A DNA stretch of 63,287 nt, filler included, from Octopus bimaculoides (GCF_001194135.2; 5 parts of 5 records of this genome joined end to end with filler, not necessarily neighbours in it); one strand, 5' to 3'; shown: positions 1 through 15,232, counted from the whole stretch's first letter. Translations and numbers: made by a program. Notes: generated by a model not told the origin, from the sequence alone.

Positions 1-41
1 TATCAAAGGCCTTTTTATAGTCTATCCAGGCTATTGACAAG

Positions 42-376
<335 letters not shown>

Positions 377-578
377 ACAGATATATATTGCATGCACAAG
401 TGTCTTTTCGTTTGTGTGTAGAATAGTAAATGAAAAGTAGCATCTCCAACGGTATACTTCTGAATATAATAAATTCATACCTGATTATGTTTACGTCCTC
501 CAAAATTATTGTATTGCAATGCTAATACAATATAATGTCGCACCACTTAAATAAATAATTTACCATTGCTTTTTATAG

Positions 579-628
579 ATGGTCATTACATGTGCAGGCT
601 ATCGTATCACACAAAATTTATGCTTGAC
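579..628 (+). other. Weak candidate internal exon (50 nt)
   Basis: ttgctttttatag| ... gac|GTGAGT; two frames open (e.g. GHYMCRLSYHTKFMLD); no homology recognised. Confidence 0.2.
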
Positions 629-698
629 GTGAGTCAGATATCGCTAAATTAACTCTGGAAGTAAAACACATTTGATGATTGCTATAGCGTAAATAATT

Positions 699-760
<62 letters not shown>

Positions 761-1592
761 NNNNNNNNNNNNNNNNNNNNNNNNNNNNNNNNNNNNNNNN
801 NNNNNNNNNNNNNNNNNNNNNNNNNNNNNNNNNATATATATATTTGCACACTCTTGTTATATTTCCGAACTTTTGTTTTTGTGTTTGGATTGTTGCAGGG
901 GCATAGCAAATTTAGTAGCTCTGGATTTTCATAAGCGAAATAATAACTGTGGTGAAAATTGCTGACTTTCAACCCTTATTGACAAATCTAATTTCATAGG
1001 TTCAGTATTCTGCCAATATAATTTCTTATTGAATGTCTTCTCTATGAATCTTATTAATTATTTCTAAAACACTTTGTTGCATGAATAACCTGTTTTGATA
1101 TACTTTAAATTCTTCTCAAATTTATTATCGTCAAGCTTATACTTTGACTCTTACAGTTTTACTGGTTTCAGTCATTTGGCTGAAAACTCACATATTATCA
1201 TGGAATTGATTAGTTATGTGTGAGATGTGTTAATTCTAGTTCTAAGGACACCCTTACTATTATCAATTCTAGTGACACCTTCACTAGTTCGTTAAGTTAA
1301 AATGCAAGTTAAATATGAGGACACTTACGATTCTTTGGTATTAATATACAATAAAATTTATCAGTACTTACAGAGAGTAAATGAAACCGATTCTAGAATT
1401 ATAATTAGTGAGAAATGAGGTATCTTTTGGCCGTGAACTGATTGGACAGTCATTAGGATGCGATCTTAGTAATATCATATATATGCTTTAATCAGTACAG
1501 AACGTCGGTGCTAACGAAACCCGACAGCTGTGAAACCTCTAGCCGAGTTCTGCTCATAATTAAGGTGCATGTGCTGCGATGATGCGTTCTTG

Positions 1593-2350
1593 TCATATCT
1601 TGCTGTTGAAAGAAACGAGATTGACATATTCCCATTGAAGTATGCTCTCAAGATCTCTGTTCATGGAGTTATTGGCTGTTTGGCGCCTGATGTCTAGGTT
1701 ACGAATAGATGGTGTATGCCTGGAGAAAATTAGGAAGAAATGTAAAGCAGTATCATCTGTGCAAGTGTGGGCCGTACAAATTGTGGAGGCAAGTAATTTA
1801 TTAATGCATACAAAGAAGAGAGTTAGGAGCAAAACTGAGTTGATAGAATAGGGGGCAGAAATGATCTGGCAACATATGAAACTATAGTGTACTTTGATAG
1901 GAACCTACCGATCCAAGACATGAGACAAATGGCGCCCATAAGCAGCAAGCTTCGCTAGGAAACTCGCATGCCAGAAAGCTTTGCAGATGTCAAGGCTGAT
2001 AATGTCACTTTCACCAAATTCTCCCAAGACAAGAGCCTACTGAGGGGTGACAGAGGAGAATAGGTCACCGTGGATATTGCTATGTGGAAAATATACTAGT
2101 TACTTATTAAATAGTCGGAGAGAGAGCTTCAAGGTGTTGGTGGACACCGTTGTTAATATCTGGCTTCAATACCTTATAGATATTAGAAATCATTTGAATA
2201 GAGTGATAGTTGCCAGGGTCAGAGAATTATGTCATTGCAGGGAATTGGGACACGCTGTAGTGTTTTGTCGAAGATCAGGAGAGACTCCTAATATAAAGTT
2301 AAAGAGATAGGTGAATATAAGTACGGGCTAACTATGAGGCGTAGTGTTTG
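1593..2350 (-). mobile_element. CR1/L2-type LINE reverse transcriptase relic
   Basis: Minus-strand, frameshifted peptides SDPGNYHSIQMISNIYKVL (cf. DPxNYRPISL), DIISLDICKAF, LFFVCINKL, CTDDTAL (YADD-like), DLESILQWEYVNLVSFN. Confidence 0.8.
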
Positions 2351-2794
2351 AAGGTAATGGAAAGGAATACCCTCACGATTGGTTATCGTGTTGGTTTGGA
2401 ATGATTGAAGGTAATTTTTTGCACTTGGCATGTATGCATGCAAAGTAGGATGGGATGGTTGGAGAGGTGGCAGGGGAAAGTATTGGCGGAGATATGCTAA
2501 GTGTATGCAATTTGGAATTAGTCAATGTGTTAGGTACAACTAGAACGTTTTTCTTCATGGCTTGTCTGCTCTATCAAGGACAATCTGTCAGCTCTGTCAG
2601 TGCCCATGTAGAGATGCTGTACTGGTCGTAGAATCATTATTCGTGTTATTAATGGTTATCATATGTAATATAGAATTATACGCATTATTTATGTTTTTTG
2701 CCCTGATTGTCCATGATAGAGCAGACAGGGATAGTCAAAGACCTCCCAATCGTGCCTAACACGTCTTTTATTCAACCACGCAGTATCTAGAATT

Positions 2795-2992
2795 ATATTC
2801 TTTTCCTCGTTTGAATCATTTGACTACAGCCATGCTGGAGTACTGCATTGAAGAAGTTTTACTCGAATGAGTCGACCCCGGTACTGAATTTATTTTGTTA
2901 AGTACTTGTTCCATTGGTTCTCTTTTGCTGGACCGCTAAGTTACGAAGACGTAAACACACAAACACCGGTTGTCAAGCAGTTAGGGAGGGTA

Positions 2993-3033
<41 letters not shown>

Positions 3034-3230
3034 ACACACACGCACACACACACATATACATATATCTATATCTATGACGGCCTTCTTTCAGTTTCCATCT
3101 ACCAGTCAACTCACAAGGCCTTGGTCGGCCTGGAGCTAGAAGACACTTGTCCAAGGTGCCACAGAGTGGAACTGAACCCGAAATCAAATGGTTTGGAAGC
3201 AATCTTCTTACCAGATAACCACGCCTGCGT
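2795..3230 (-). mobile_element. Composite tRNA-headed SINE family A (head, internal CA/TA microsatellite, 3' body)
   Basis: Head about 3075-3230, (CA)n 2995-3060, body about 2795-2990; same parts as at 49858-50275 and 30826-31718. Confidence 0.85.
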
Positions 3231-5533
3231 CTATATTATTGAACTTTTTAAAAGAGCAGAAAGTATATGAAGCAAATATTGCAAATATTTCTTATTGGTC
3301 GACTGACCATTTAGAGACCTTTTCATTGGTTCGTTTATGTTCTCAATGTGTATGAGGTTTTCAAATATAAATTTACGCCCGCTTGCAGCAGTATTATTAA
3401 ATTATTGAAATAATTAATCATTGCTTTACATATGCTGTATCTACGTCGAAGACGATGAAGTTCAGTCAAAATACAGACTCATGTTAAAAGTATTGCCTAA
3501 TATCTGTGGTGTGATGTATTCTCACAACTCTTCAACTGCAAGTCTCACACTTTATTCAATATACTACTTAACTTCACACATTATTGGGTAAGTAAAGCAA
3601 AATAGTACATGCATTATGTTAACCTATGTAATCTTATATAAACCTATATATTGAAAAACGATACGATAGTAAAGTAAGAAATAAAAAAAGCAAATGAAAC
3701 AAAATAGGATATTAAAATTAAAGGTTAAGTAAAAAGCTTCCTAACGGAACAACCGACAGCATTAAGATATTGGCTTTGATCGGTGTGTATGAGTAAAACA
3801 GTTAATTGTATCTTTACTTTGCAAAACAACGTTTCAAAAATGTTCAAAAGATGTACATTGCTTTCATTCAAATGAAGTCAAAGAGCACTTATAAAGCTCA
3901 CCATATGTTTTTTGTAGTGTTTTTGTTTTTGCCAATTTCATACTAGCAATAATATAAAAACCCATGTTTTAATAAACAAATTCCATTAGCATGTACGTCA
4001 ATTTCATTTAGTGATATCACTTATATATCTCTGTTAAGCTGCTTGGATATTTTGTAAGAGGTGGGTGTATCAACTATTGAATCAATTTCACTCGAGATGA
4101 AAGTGAAAGGCAATCCCTACGAGATTTCAATTCACAAATGCGAGCCAACGAAATACATACCTTAAATTATCAAATGCAACTTTCTAACGTTCCAGCCCAC
4201 TACATCACCTTATTTAATAGTAATGAGTTTAATACAACAGATAAAACATCTTTCCACCAGACAACAATTACTATTAATGCTGTTGCTGTTGTTGTAAATT
4301 GTTTTTGGAATAGATATCGATGGAATATTTTGATGTGATAGAATTGGGATATTGCAGTTTTTTAATATGTAATACAGTATAGTGCTTTAGTGTAAAAGAT
4401 CTGTGCAATGAAGTTGTGTAGTGGTGCATTAAACCTTTACTGGTCATAATGGTTAGAGCAGTGCTTTAGGGAGACACGGTAGTAGTCACAAGAGGAAGAG
4501 AGATAGTTGTGGGCGAAAGTGATAGCCGAGGTTGTTGCAGTATCAGTAGAATGAACAGACAGATGAGACTGTATGTATGCGGGAGAGACTGAACGTGTTT
4601 ATGAGTAAGTCAATAGGTTGGATGACGGTTTTTATTGCTTTAATGGTATAACATTCAATACTTCTGTAAATAAACAAGTTCGTTGTTGTGATAAATGAAT
4701 GCTAATATTTATCTTAGAAATAACTTTTTTTAGCATCAGTACAGATTCTGACATTTAAGGAAAGAGCTTAGTTCATATCATCTACCCAAGTATTTATCTG
4801 GTACTTTATATTATGAATCCCTTAGAAATTGAAGTCAAATATGGCCTCGGCAAGATTTAAACTTAGAATATAAAGAGTCGGAAGAAATACTTAACTGCTC
4901 TGACGATCCTGCCAGCTCGTCATCGCTATTCTTTCAGAAACAATTAGAAATGTGCAATATGGCTACATATAGCTATATAATATACTGTCATCTAATACAC
5001 TACTCACTTTTTCTCCAGCTACAAAGAACAGTCAGTAACATAAGGATATATACTTATAGAATAATAGAAATGTATTCAAATTCGTGAATTTTATTGATGC
5101 TTTCTTTTTCCTCATTATTGTACCTTTCTCTTTCGCATTGATTGCATGAATCTCTTTTATATCACGGGTATTTCGCCAAGACATTGTGGGGATGTAGTAA
5201 AGACGGACATTCATCGTAAATCTTGATAGTTGATGACTTGGGCTATAGTTTGTTAAATTTTCATACACTTCTCGTAATTGGAATCAGTCGAAATCCTATG
5301 GTATATTGGACGAATACAGGTACTGAACTCTAATCTAAGATTATTCTGTGCAGTTACTGGAGACACGCATGTCTTAAACTGCACGCTTCAAATAAGCGTC
5401 CAAATGGTTTACTCATTTGCCAACACACTAAAACACATGCACGCACACTAACCCCCACACACATACATACATACATACATACATACATACATGCATATAT
5501 ACATACATACATACATACAAATGCATATGCATG

Positions 5534-5588
<55 letters not shown>

Positions 5589-5650
5589 GTCAATCTATCT
5601 GTGTATGTGTGTGTGTGTGTGCGCGCGTGCGTGTGTGTATGTGCGCGCGC

Positions 5651-6255
5651 GTGTGTGTATCGCCAACTCGACCCTCGAATCCGAGGAGTTATTTCTGCAC
5701 CTGGACGAATATTTGGACCATTAATGCCGGTGATGAATGTGGCTAACGAGGCCAATCCTCGCGTAGAACACGCGATTGTGTTGACCACGTATGAATATCG
5801 GAGTCGGTCGTCGTTGCTGCAGTCTCTACTTTCCGTTGCCGTTGCCCCTCCTCCTCTCTTCCATATTCTTTGTAGTTAGTTGGTTTCGGTGGTCTGAAAA
5901 GCCAGAGTGTTGGAGCTGGTCTGCTTCAGAATTTACTTTAGTAGATCTTTATAGCATCGAAGAAGGGCTCCTCTTTGTCTTCTCCCGGTTGTCAGTTCGA
6001 TGAGGAGATTTCATTGTTCATCCTTGTAACATGGCCAGCCCATCGAAAGTGATGTTTGAATAGCTCTGGCTCGTTCTTTCGCAGAGTTATTGAAGACATA
6101 GTTCAACCACTTGATATTCAAGGGAGAGCTAACTTTCAGTTGATGAAATCGTGTGAGATTTTTGACGTCTCGACGACTATACAGTCCAAGTTTCACAACC
6201 ATATAACAACAGCTTGTTGGTTTTGCTTTCAAATTTTCCGCTTTTCTAGCAGCCA
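5651..6255 (-). mobile_element. RTE (BovB-like) LINE 3' fragment ending in a (CA)n tail
   Basis: Frameshifted minus-strand peptides LLYGCETWTV, LTRFHQ..LNIKW, ELTTGRRQRGALLRCYKDLLK, and terminal RVFYARIGLVSHIH zinc-finger remnant. Confidence 0.85.
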
Positions 6256-7216
6256 TCCTGTATATATACATACACACACACACATATTATACAATATTTA
6301 GAATATTGATCTTATCAAATGGTCAGCATGGGAATAAAAACCATCAACGGTAATAATTATTTAAAATTATAATACAGGGTATCAAGAGATACCACCACGC
6401 TGAAAAAATAGCAGTCAAATCCTGACTCTAAAACCACAATAAATGTCCGCATGGCACGATTAGCGAAGACGAAGACCAAATGAACCAGTAAAAATAAGAT
6501 AATTCCAAATCCTGGATTTCTGGCTTTACATAAATAATAATGTTCTGCCTTCATCAGTGGAATATACTCTAGTACATAAATACAAATACATGTATATAAA
6601 CAGTATACTTACATATACGGACGTATACATACATATATATGCACGTATGCACACGACTAGCTTAAATANNNNNNNNNNNNNNNNNNNNNNNNNNNNNNNN
6701 NNNNNNNNNNNNNNNNNNNNNNNNNNNNNNNNNNNNNNNNNNNNNNNNNNNNNNNNNNNNNNNNNNNNNNNNNNNNNNNNNNNNNNNNNNNNNNNNNNNN
6801 NNNNNNNNNNNNNNNNNNNNNNNNNNNNNNNNNNNNNNNNNNNNNNNNNNNNNNNNNNNNNNNNNNNNNNNNNNNNNNNNNNNNNNNNNNNNNNNNNNNN
6901 NNNNNNNNNNNNNNNNNNNNNNNNNNNNNNNNNNNNNNNNNNNNNNNNNNNNNNNNNNNNNNNNNNNNNNNNNNNNNNNNNNNNNNNNNNNNNNNNNNNN
7001 NNNNNNNNNNNNNNNNNNNNNNNNNNNNNNNNNNNNNNNNNNNNNNNNNNNNNNNNNNNNNNNNNNNNNNNNNNNNNNNNNNNNNNNNNNNNNNNNNNNN
7101 NNNNNNNNNNNNNNNNNNNNNNNNNNNNNNNNNNNNNNNNNNNNNNNNNNNNNNNNNNNNNNNNNNNNNNNNNNNNNNNNNNNNNNNATATACATACACA
7201 TGCATATATATATACC

Positions 7217-7253
<37 letters not shown>

Positions 7254-7636
7254 GCATATATATATATACATATGCAAAACAATTACCCTGGCCAGCTAGG
7301 TGTATCCGATTTTCTCCCACTTATCATGCCTACTGCAGTATTATGATCAACACTTCTTTTCTCTTGAACTCTTCAACTGCATTCTCATCATTGCTTTTTT
7401 TATATATATATATGACACTGGTTTACCGTTATTCAAGCTTATCATTAACTTATCAATAGCACTAGACCTCATGTTATGTGAAGGTCATGGCTGTTTGGCT
7501 GTGTTCTACTCCTGTTTGAAGTCACTTTCGACTTATGATGACCACAAGCAAATAAATAGTCTATATTTTAAAGCCTGCACTAACTCGTCTAGTCACTATT
7601 AAATTTTTGCTGAGGAATTCTATTTTATCGTTTATC

Positions 7637-7991
7637 TTTTACTTGTTTCAGTCATTTGGTTGCGGCAGTGCTGGGGCACGGTTTGCGGGAATTTTAGTCG
7701 AATGAATCAACACCAGCCTGGTTTTTATTTTATCAGTTCCTTGTTGCGTTTACGGGGACCCTAATACACGGTTGTCAAGCGGTGACGGGGGTAAGCATAG
7801 ACTCAAGGAGAAACATTTATATATATGTATGGCAAGCTTGTTTCACTTTCCGTCTACCAAATCTACTCACAAGGCTTCGGTTGCTCCAAGGCTATCGTAG
7901 AAGACACTTACCCAAGGTGCCACGAAGTGAGACTGAATCCGGGATCATGTGGTTAGGAAGCAAGATTCTTACCACACAACTATGCCTGCAC
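7637..7991 (-). mobile_element. SINE family A copy
   Basis: cttttacttgtttcagtcatttg... body plus gacacttacccaaggtgccacg... head. Confidence 0.85.
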
Positions 7992-8339
7992 TTAGAAATA
8001 TACTTTCAATATTCGGGAGAATCGTTGTGAAGAATATGGGAACATTTAGCATTTAGTATTTACTTGTGATGGAGTTTTCTCCGCTACACTTATAAGTTAA
8101 TCATCACAAATTCATTGAAGACACAATTTCCAGTTCTCATTATTTTGGAATTCTATGGGAAACCCTTTATAGCTGTTTTTTTCTCGAACGAGAATATTTT
8201 TCTATTGACAGACTTGAATGTCAGCAAAGAAATATGATATTTTGTAGGTTTCAATTGATTTTCGAAGCCAGTTATGTGTTTAGTTTGAAATCACTCAGTC
8301 ACATGCTGAAGAAAGTATCATTATTACTGTTGTTGTTGT

Positions 8340-8545
8340 TGTTAGGGTGTGAGCTGTTGGAATCATTAGCGCATTGGACAAAATACTCAGCGGTATTTTC
8401 CTTGATTCTTGAAGTACTTGGCTCAAATCCCGCCGGTGTCAACTTTACCTTTTATCCTTTTAGGGTCAATAAAATGAAGTGCTGGGGATCGATGAACTCG
8501 ACTTACATCTACCCCTAAATTTTCTGACTTTGTGCCAAATTTTGA
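8340..8545 (+). mobile_element. tRNA-headed SINE family C copy
   Basis: gtgagctgttggaatcattagc... ggctcaaatcc... cttttatccttttagggtcaataaaatgaag...; matches the array at 31880-35850. Confidence 0.8.
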
Positions 8546-10189
8546 AATAATAATACTTATTGTTGTTTTTCTTTGTTTTCACATAATTTTGATGAGATGA
8601 TGATAAATAAGTTGCAGAATTGTAGGACGCCTGTTTAAATAAATTTTGGTATTTAGGTTCAGTAGCACAATCGGTAGAGTGCTAGCCATAAAGTCTTGTG
8701 ATATTTTGTTTTGTCATTACGTTCTCAATTCAAATCTTTCCTGCATGGTTAATGAAGTAGAGCCTAGTCGATTTAATCAAGTGCATTCTTACCAAAACCA
8801 ACAACTATTTATGTAATAAATCATTATTACTAAACCAGCTATGAAAATAACTATATTCATGATAATTCCCTCATTAAGAGGGATTAATAAAACAATGTCT
8901 TCATTGATATCCAATAAAAAAAAGTCAGCTTCAGATTAAGAGAAAATGGCGTTTCAATTTTCTTGACTTCATCGAAGATACATCTGTATATGTTAGAAGT
9001 AAGAAATGTCCATTTCCAAAATAAAGGATGCTTCAGAATGATAATTATGAAATGATGTTACTGAAATAATTGTTTCTGAAATATTTATAAGGTTGATAAA
9101 ACTATATTTAAAAGCCTCAACCATAGAGAATGCAGGCAATGTGTTCTGAGGAAGGAGAAGTATCTAGAAATCCATTTCTTTTTCTAAGGAGGAGAACTGG
9201 ACGTTTGCGAAAGCAATCCATAGATAGCGGTTTGTAGATAATTGTAGATTTATCTAGTTCGTGTATTATTAATATGTTCTATATAAATATATATTGTGAT
9301 TTTTTGGTGTGGTTGAATGGAAAATATATTAAACTATAAACTGAACAGTATATATATTAACTGCACAACTCCTTTTACTGTAAATGTAACTCACGAACGA
9401 ATTATTACCATCCGGAAATAACAACTAAATATATTTGTGTTAATACTGCCCGGACCGTTATGATGGGTTCGTGACTCATACCCTAAACACTACTAAATCC
9501 AAATGTGGCCGGAGCCTCTGAAACTAACCGTAGTATTCATTGCGAAAGCCTATTTATTGTAATGTGTATCACATAAATTGTGCGCCACTTCAGAACGTCT
9601 ATGGCTAAAAACAACGTTTTCATTTGTAACTGCTATTCTTATATTAAAGAGGTTAACAGTGAAATGATTATTAATTTCAAAACGCAAAACTATCACTTAG
9701 GTCTACATTACTTATATCTTGTTCACTTTCTTAAGGTCGTGTGTGTGAGTGGATGATTTGGCTGCTATTTCTAGGCAGTCGAGCGTTGACACTGACGCTC
9801 TTTGTTGACTTTATATATTCCCGGTTCTGCATGGCAAAGACACTTATCTTTCAATGACTAAGTCCACCTTATTTAAACTAGGCATCAAATGATGGTATAA
9901 TTCACTACTCTAGTTAGCAGTGTGGAACTAAGAAGTTTCTATTTTTTTATGTGGGTCTCTGCACAAGTGAGTTCGGTCTCTCAGACTTAAAATCCCGCGA
10001 AACGATATGATATTGTCTCACAGAAAAAATATTTATTTCCTATTTCTTTAAAGGCTCCTGAAGCGTGAGGTTTGTTGGGATTTGTAATCCTTGAGATTTA
10101 GAAAAAAGATTAACATACTTTTCCATTATATCGTACAAACATGTGACTGTCATTCTTTCCTTCAATATATCTTTCTATTTACGTGGCAA

Positions 10190-10375
10190 AATGCTTATTG
10201 GCGTTTTACCCGTCTTCACGTTCTGAATTCAAATTCTGTCGAGGTTGACTTTGCCTTTCATCACTTTGGGTCGATAAAAAAAGTACCAGTTGAGCACTGG
10301 GGTCGTTTTAATCGACTTACCTCCCCCTGCGAAACTGCTGGGATTGTATCGAAATTTGAAATCAATATTTATTTC
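10190..10375 (+). mobile_element. SINE family C copy, 5'-truncated
   Basis: gaggttgactttgcctttcatcactttgggtcgataaaaaaagtaccagttgagcactggggtcg. Confidence 0.8.
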
Positions 10376-10953
10376 TTTTTATTTTGAATCAATTCCTAAT
10401 TGTCATAACTATTACTTTCAGTAAAAAAAAGCAACAAACAAAAACAAGACAAAAAGACTTTTGAAGCTATCGTCTAGAATAAAATACTTTCTTCAGAAAG
10501 TCCGAAAAGTGACTCAACAAATTTCGCCCAAACTGGATTGAAGATTAAGTGTTTAGATCGGAAACTAACTTTACTAACTATATAAAATACGTTAATGTCT
10601 CTAGCTAACGCTTTGTTGTAGAAAGATATCCTGAGATTGCTTTAAAAAAATTACGTCTCTCTCTATTTCCTCATTTTTCTAAAGTTTCTGACGAATGAGT
10701 GAATAAGCACCGGCGACTTTTTGTCATTCTGAAATTGCGAAAGTATTATAGTCATGTATTTATAGATCACATGCTCTCAACAAAAACGAAATGTTATTAG
10801 CTTAATAACAAATCATATCATCATTACCTTCATTTAATTAGCTAGACAAAAGTTTAGAGATAGCCTAAAATATCTTATATGGTTTATGAATAGATCAAAA
10901 TTATGCGATTATCTAACAAAAGACCAACTTTATTTCTCACATATAATGAAACA

Positions 10954-11099
10954 AAGAAGAAGAAGAAGAAGAAGAAGAAGAAGAAGAAGAAGAAGAAGAA
11001 GAAGAAGAAGAAGAAGAAGAAGAAGAAAAAGAAGAAGAAGAAGAAGAAGAAGAAGAAGAAGAAGAAGAAGAAGAAGAAGAAGAAGAAGAAGAAGAAGAA
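10954..11099. repeat. (GAA)n microsatellite, ~145 bp
   Basis: Read directly; source of the poly-K/R/F/S ORFs. Confidence 0.97.
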
Positions 11100-12981
11100 T
11101 GGTAAAACCAACAATTCCGGGATGATAAATCCAGAAGCCTGATATAACTAAACATTTTCAGTAACCTCTCTAAATTCATTTACCTCCACTTAACAAAAAA
11201 AAAAAAAAACTGTATTTATGTCATACACAAAGCAAGCGCCAATGAGCGACTGACAATCTATTTTGGAAATAAATTTACGAAATATGGTGCCCATTCGCTT
11301 ATGTTTTTCTTGAGAAAAAATATCAGTGCCTTGGGGCATATGACGTAAACTTGTTTCGAAAGAATATGGAAAGAACGTTCATTACAGGGAAAGGGCCTTC
11401 ACAACATGTTATATTTAGGTTCTATGCTCTACTACTACAGTAACCACATTGCTGAATCGTTCCCCATTTCTGAAGAAGAGATACTGTGTGGTCTTCCGTG
11501 ATACAGTTTACGATACAAAGTAGCCGATTCAGGTAGAGAGAGAGTGAGAAAGAGAGAGAAATAAAGAAAGTAAGAGAGCAGGGGGAGACTCCAGGTACTT
11601 TTTTTCATCTACCTAGAAGGATCAAAGCAAAGTTGACCTATGTGGAGGTCTTAGCTTAAAGCGCGAAGAGGCATTCAGTCTTTCCGACGTTTAAACGACT
11701 CTGTCTACGTGTTCACTACATTGGAGACAAATATTGGTTTATTATTACGGCATAACACCACAAATGAATAAATGTGTGTGGTTAGAGTTCACTTGATAGA
11801 TGTACCAGTGTGGACGTCAATTTAATAAAAGGATTTGCTGTCACATAGAATTTCGACACTTTTATGAATGCAATTTTAATTGCAACAAAGGAAACAATTA
11901 TGCTGAAACTAGAACTCATTTAATATTTATTGTAACCCCAGGGAGATGAGAGACAGAACTCTACCTTAATACAATTTGAACTCAAATAGTTAAAGAAACA
12001 CAATCACTAATTTATTTACCCATCGCTTTTGAACAAGTGCAATATTGAAACAATATAATAAATTTTATTTATCATTTACAGTCAGCAGATAGAGGTTTCT
12101 TTATAAATGTTTTGATACTAATGCAGACTTTTAGCAATGTATTTATAAATGCTGAAACAGTACAAAGATGTAGACGTTGGTGTAATTCCACTAAAATGGA
12201 AATTGCATGACATGAGTTATTGAAAACTGAGTTTAAAATGTCAAACATTGAAAACATTATGAAATACAAAAACACCCAAAGAAAATCAGACTTAGAATTC
12301 GTACATTTAATGGAAAGGATTGCGAAACAATCGTAATTCTAAAAACTAAAAACAAAGAATGAACAAGCAAAACAAATATGGGCATATATATATATATATA
12401 TATATATANNNNNNNNNNNNNNNNNNNNNNNNNNNNNNNNNNNNNNNNNNNNNNNNNNNNNNNNNNNNNNNNNNNNNNNNNNNNNNNNNNNNNNNNNNNN
12501 NNNNNNNNNNNNNNNNNNNNNNNNNNNNNNNNNNNNNNNNNNNNNNNNNNNNNNNNNNNNNNNNNNNNNNNNNNNNNNNNNNNNNNNNNNNNNNNNNNNN
12601 NNNNNNNNNNNNNNNNNNNNNNNNNNNNNNNNNNNNNNNNNNNNNNNNNNNNNNNNNNNNNNNNNNNNNNNNNNNNNNNNNNNNNNNNNNNNNNNNNNNN
12701 NNNNNNNNNNNNNNNNNNNNNNNNNNNNNNNNNNNNNNNNNNNNNNNNNNNNNNNNNNNNNNNNNNNNNNNNNNNNNNNNNNNNNNNNNNNNNNNNNNNN
12801 NNNNNNNNNNNNNNNNNNNNNNNNNNNNNNNNNNNNNNNNNNNNNNNNNNNNNNNNNNNNNNNNNNNNNNNNNNNNNNNNNNNNNNNNNNNNNNNNNNNN
12901 NNNNNNNNNNNNNNNNNNNNNNNNNNNNNNNNNNNNNNNNNNNNNNNNNNNNNNACATACATACATACATACATACATACA

Positions 12982-13028
<47 letters not shown>

Positions 13029-15127
13029 GCATACATACATACATACATACATACATACACATACACACATATACATAATCATAAGAAAATACGACATAGA
13101 GACATAAAACTTGATAACAGTAAATTTAATCAGTCAATCCCTGCTGAGCACGGAAGTATGCCACACGCTATATGCTTTTATGTGATAATGTATAATCATT
13201 TACTAATGATAGTTATATCAACACTGGTTGCTGTCAATACTGTTTAAAGCTGGCATGAAATGGTATTTTCTCTTCGAAATAAATACATTCTTATTTAAAC
13301 TTTGTAATTTCGTTTTAGAAGTTGTTAATTTTAAAATTTCACTTATCCTCACTCACTCGAATAATGACTGTACCATTAGCAGCTGAAATATATCCCCCCT
13401 TCTGAAGATACAATTGGTTATTTTTTCCCTCTGAAGGTTTTCGACCTCAGCCTGAAAGCTAACGGAACTCCCTTTAATTATGCAATAGTTCAACTGCTTA
13501 AAGTATGAAGTTAGGTTTATTACAATATCCATTTTAAAGTTAGATCGACTGGCCAAAAGAAATTTAAATGCACTTCGGCAATGCAATAACCAAATACAAG
13601 TCTTTGAGAATTTAACTAGTAAGATAGGTCAGACTATTGTGTTCCATATCAACTCATTCAGCTGTGATATTCTTCAGAAGCTGATAACCGGAATATAATA
13701 AGAGAACAATCAATATTCAGTATTGTAGAAACAAACGATTATATAACGATATAATAGAATTCTTTGATTTAATAAACAGTGTGTTGAAAGAATGTATGTT
13801 GTGCTTAATAAATTGTGTTAGACTGTTGATATCGGGGCAGACAGTATTAATGACCTTTAGCATAACTTGTTGGTAATCAAGATCTCATTATATCAGTCAT
13901 AATTAAAATGACTAATTTTCGTTAACCATCTTAATTTTAGACACAAAGCCATGATTGAAGGATGGATATCAAAATACCTTTAAGTCTTCTATTAAAATAT
14001 TTTCAAATACTTTTTTAAATATACCAAACAATAGTGAAACGCAGAGATAAAAATGTAATTGCTGAAATATATTCAATAAAATTCAAAGAAAAATTAGAAT
14101 GTTAGATGACCTTGTATTTTTCATAATCTATCAGTGTAATATTAGATGTCAAGCTACGCAGCCTTTCTGCTAAAAACTCTTTGAGCAATGCTGATATATT
14201 TCAAAACAAGGGTTTAACGAGGTCAGTAATGCACAGTGATTGAATGAGATTACGTTAATTGGACTATACACCGATAAATAGACAGGCACCTCTACACTAT
14301 GTCACTAACACATGTGTGAGCTGTCAGCTGTTTCTATGTTAAATCCAGTAATTCTCACAATGAAATTTTCGGATATCATGCGATCTGACTCGGTAGACAG
14401 TACAAAGGCGTTATTAATCATAGTTTTTCTGTTAATATATCCACTGACTGTTCTCTCGCGGACGTTTGCATAATAATAAAATGCAATACATATGAATTTG
14501 GAAAGAAGGAAATTCTAATTTGTCGAGCAAGGAATGATAAGTGTGCTGGAAAGACATATGAGATTAAAGTGAATATAGGCGTTTCAGAGAATAGAATGAC
14601 GATTAGTCAGCCAAAGAAGGTTGTCAAAAATAAGAAAAAAATAATCACACACACACACGCATTCACACACACATACACACACATACATGTAAGTGTGAAA
14701 GAAAAGAACTTAAGAAGGTAGTGAGAATAAAAACGAAACAGAAAAGATAACTAAAAACTATTAGAGAAGAAGATGCTATGATATTGTCAACCTGTGAAAC
14801 CGTAACTACAGATACTGCGGAGGGTAACATATGCAGGCATATGGAATGCATATATAAATAACGCATAGATATGCAGATATTCGTTCATATTCCAGCACGT
14901 ACACAGGGATATATATATATATATATATGTCTATAAACAAATATCCAGGTTCATATGAACAAAAGAAAATCTGAATGGTAGAAAAAGATGATGAAGGAGA
15001 GTAGTGGGAGTGAAGAAGAAAAAAACAAAGAAAGGAAGGAAGGAAAAGCGTTTTCCATTCACTGAAACCAATGAGTAAGGGATTTTAAAGACGCTTTTAA
15101 TTTTCATTTATGTCTGTTGGAACTTAC

Positions 15128-15232
15128 GTGAGAATTGCTTTTGACAATTTTGTCTCATTACTGTACAATATCTTACACAGGTTACACGGTAGCATTGGAA
15201 GAGATCGGTCACTGAATTATTTCGTTCTCCGT
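15128..15232 (-). other. Candidate 105-nt symmetrical phase-1 Cys-rich exon
   Basis: Long pyrimidine tract ...ctctcccag| and |GTAAGTT donor; only one open frame, GERNNSVTDLFQCYRVTCVRYCTVMRQNCQKQFS; no family recognised. Confidence 0.35.

Noticed and set aside
5600-5650. Alternating purine-pyrimidine (TG/CG) Z-DNA candidate
   Set aside because: Ordinary RTE tail microsatellite; such tracts are everywhere in this window.
6557-7459. Long ORFs of 200-400 aa here and at 12257-13247, 19195-20301, 37753-38463, 52525-53474, 57223-58221
   Set aside because: Length comes from N gaps and microsatellite translation.
10884-11179. Poly-K/R/F/S ORFs
   Set aside because: Translation of (GAA)n.
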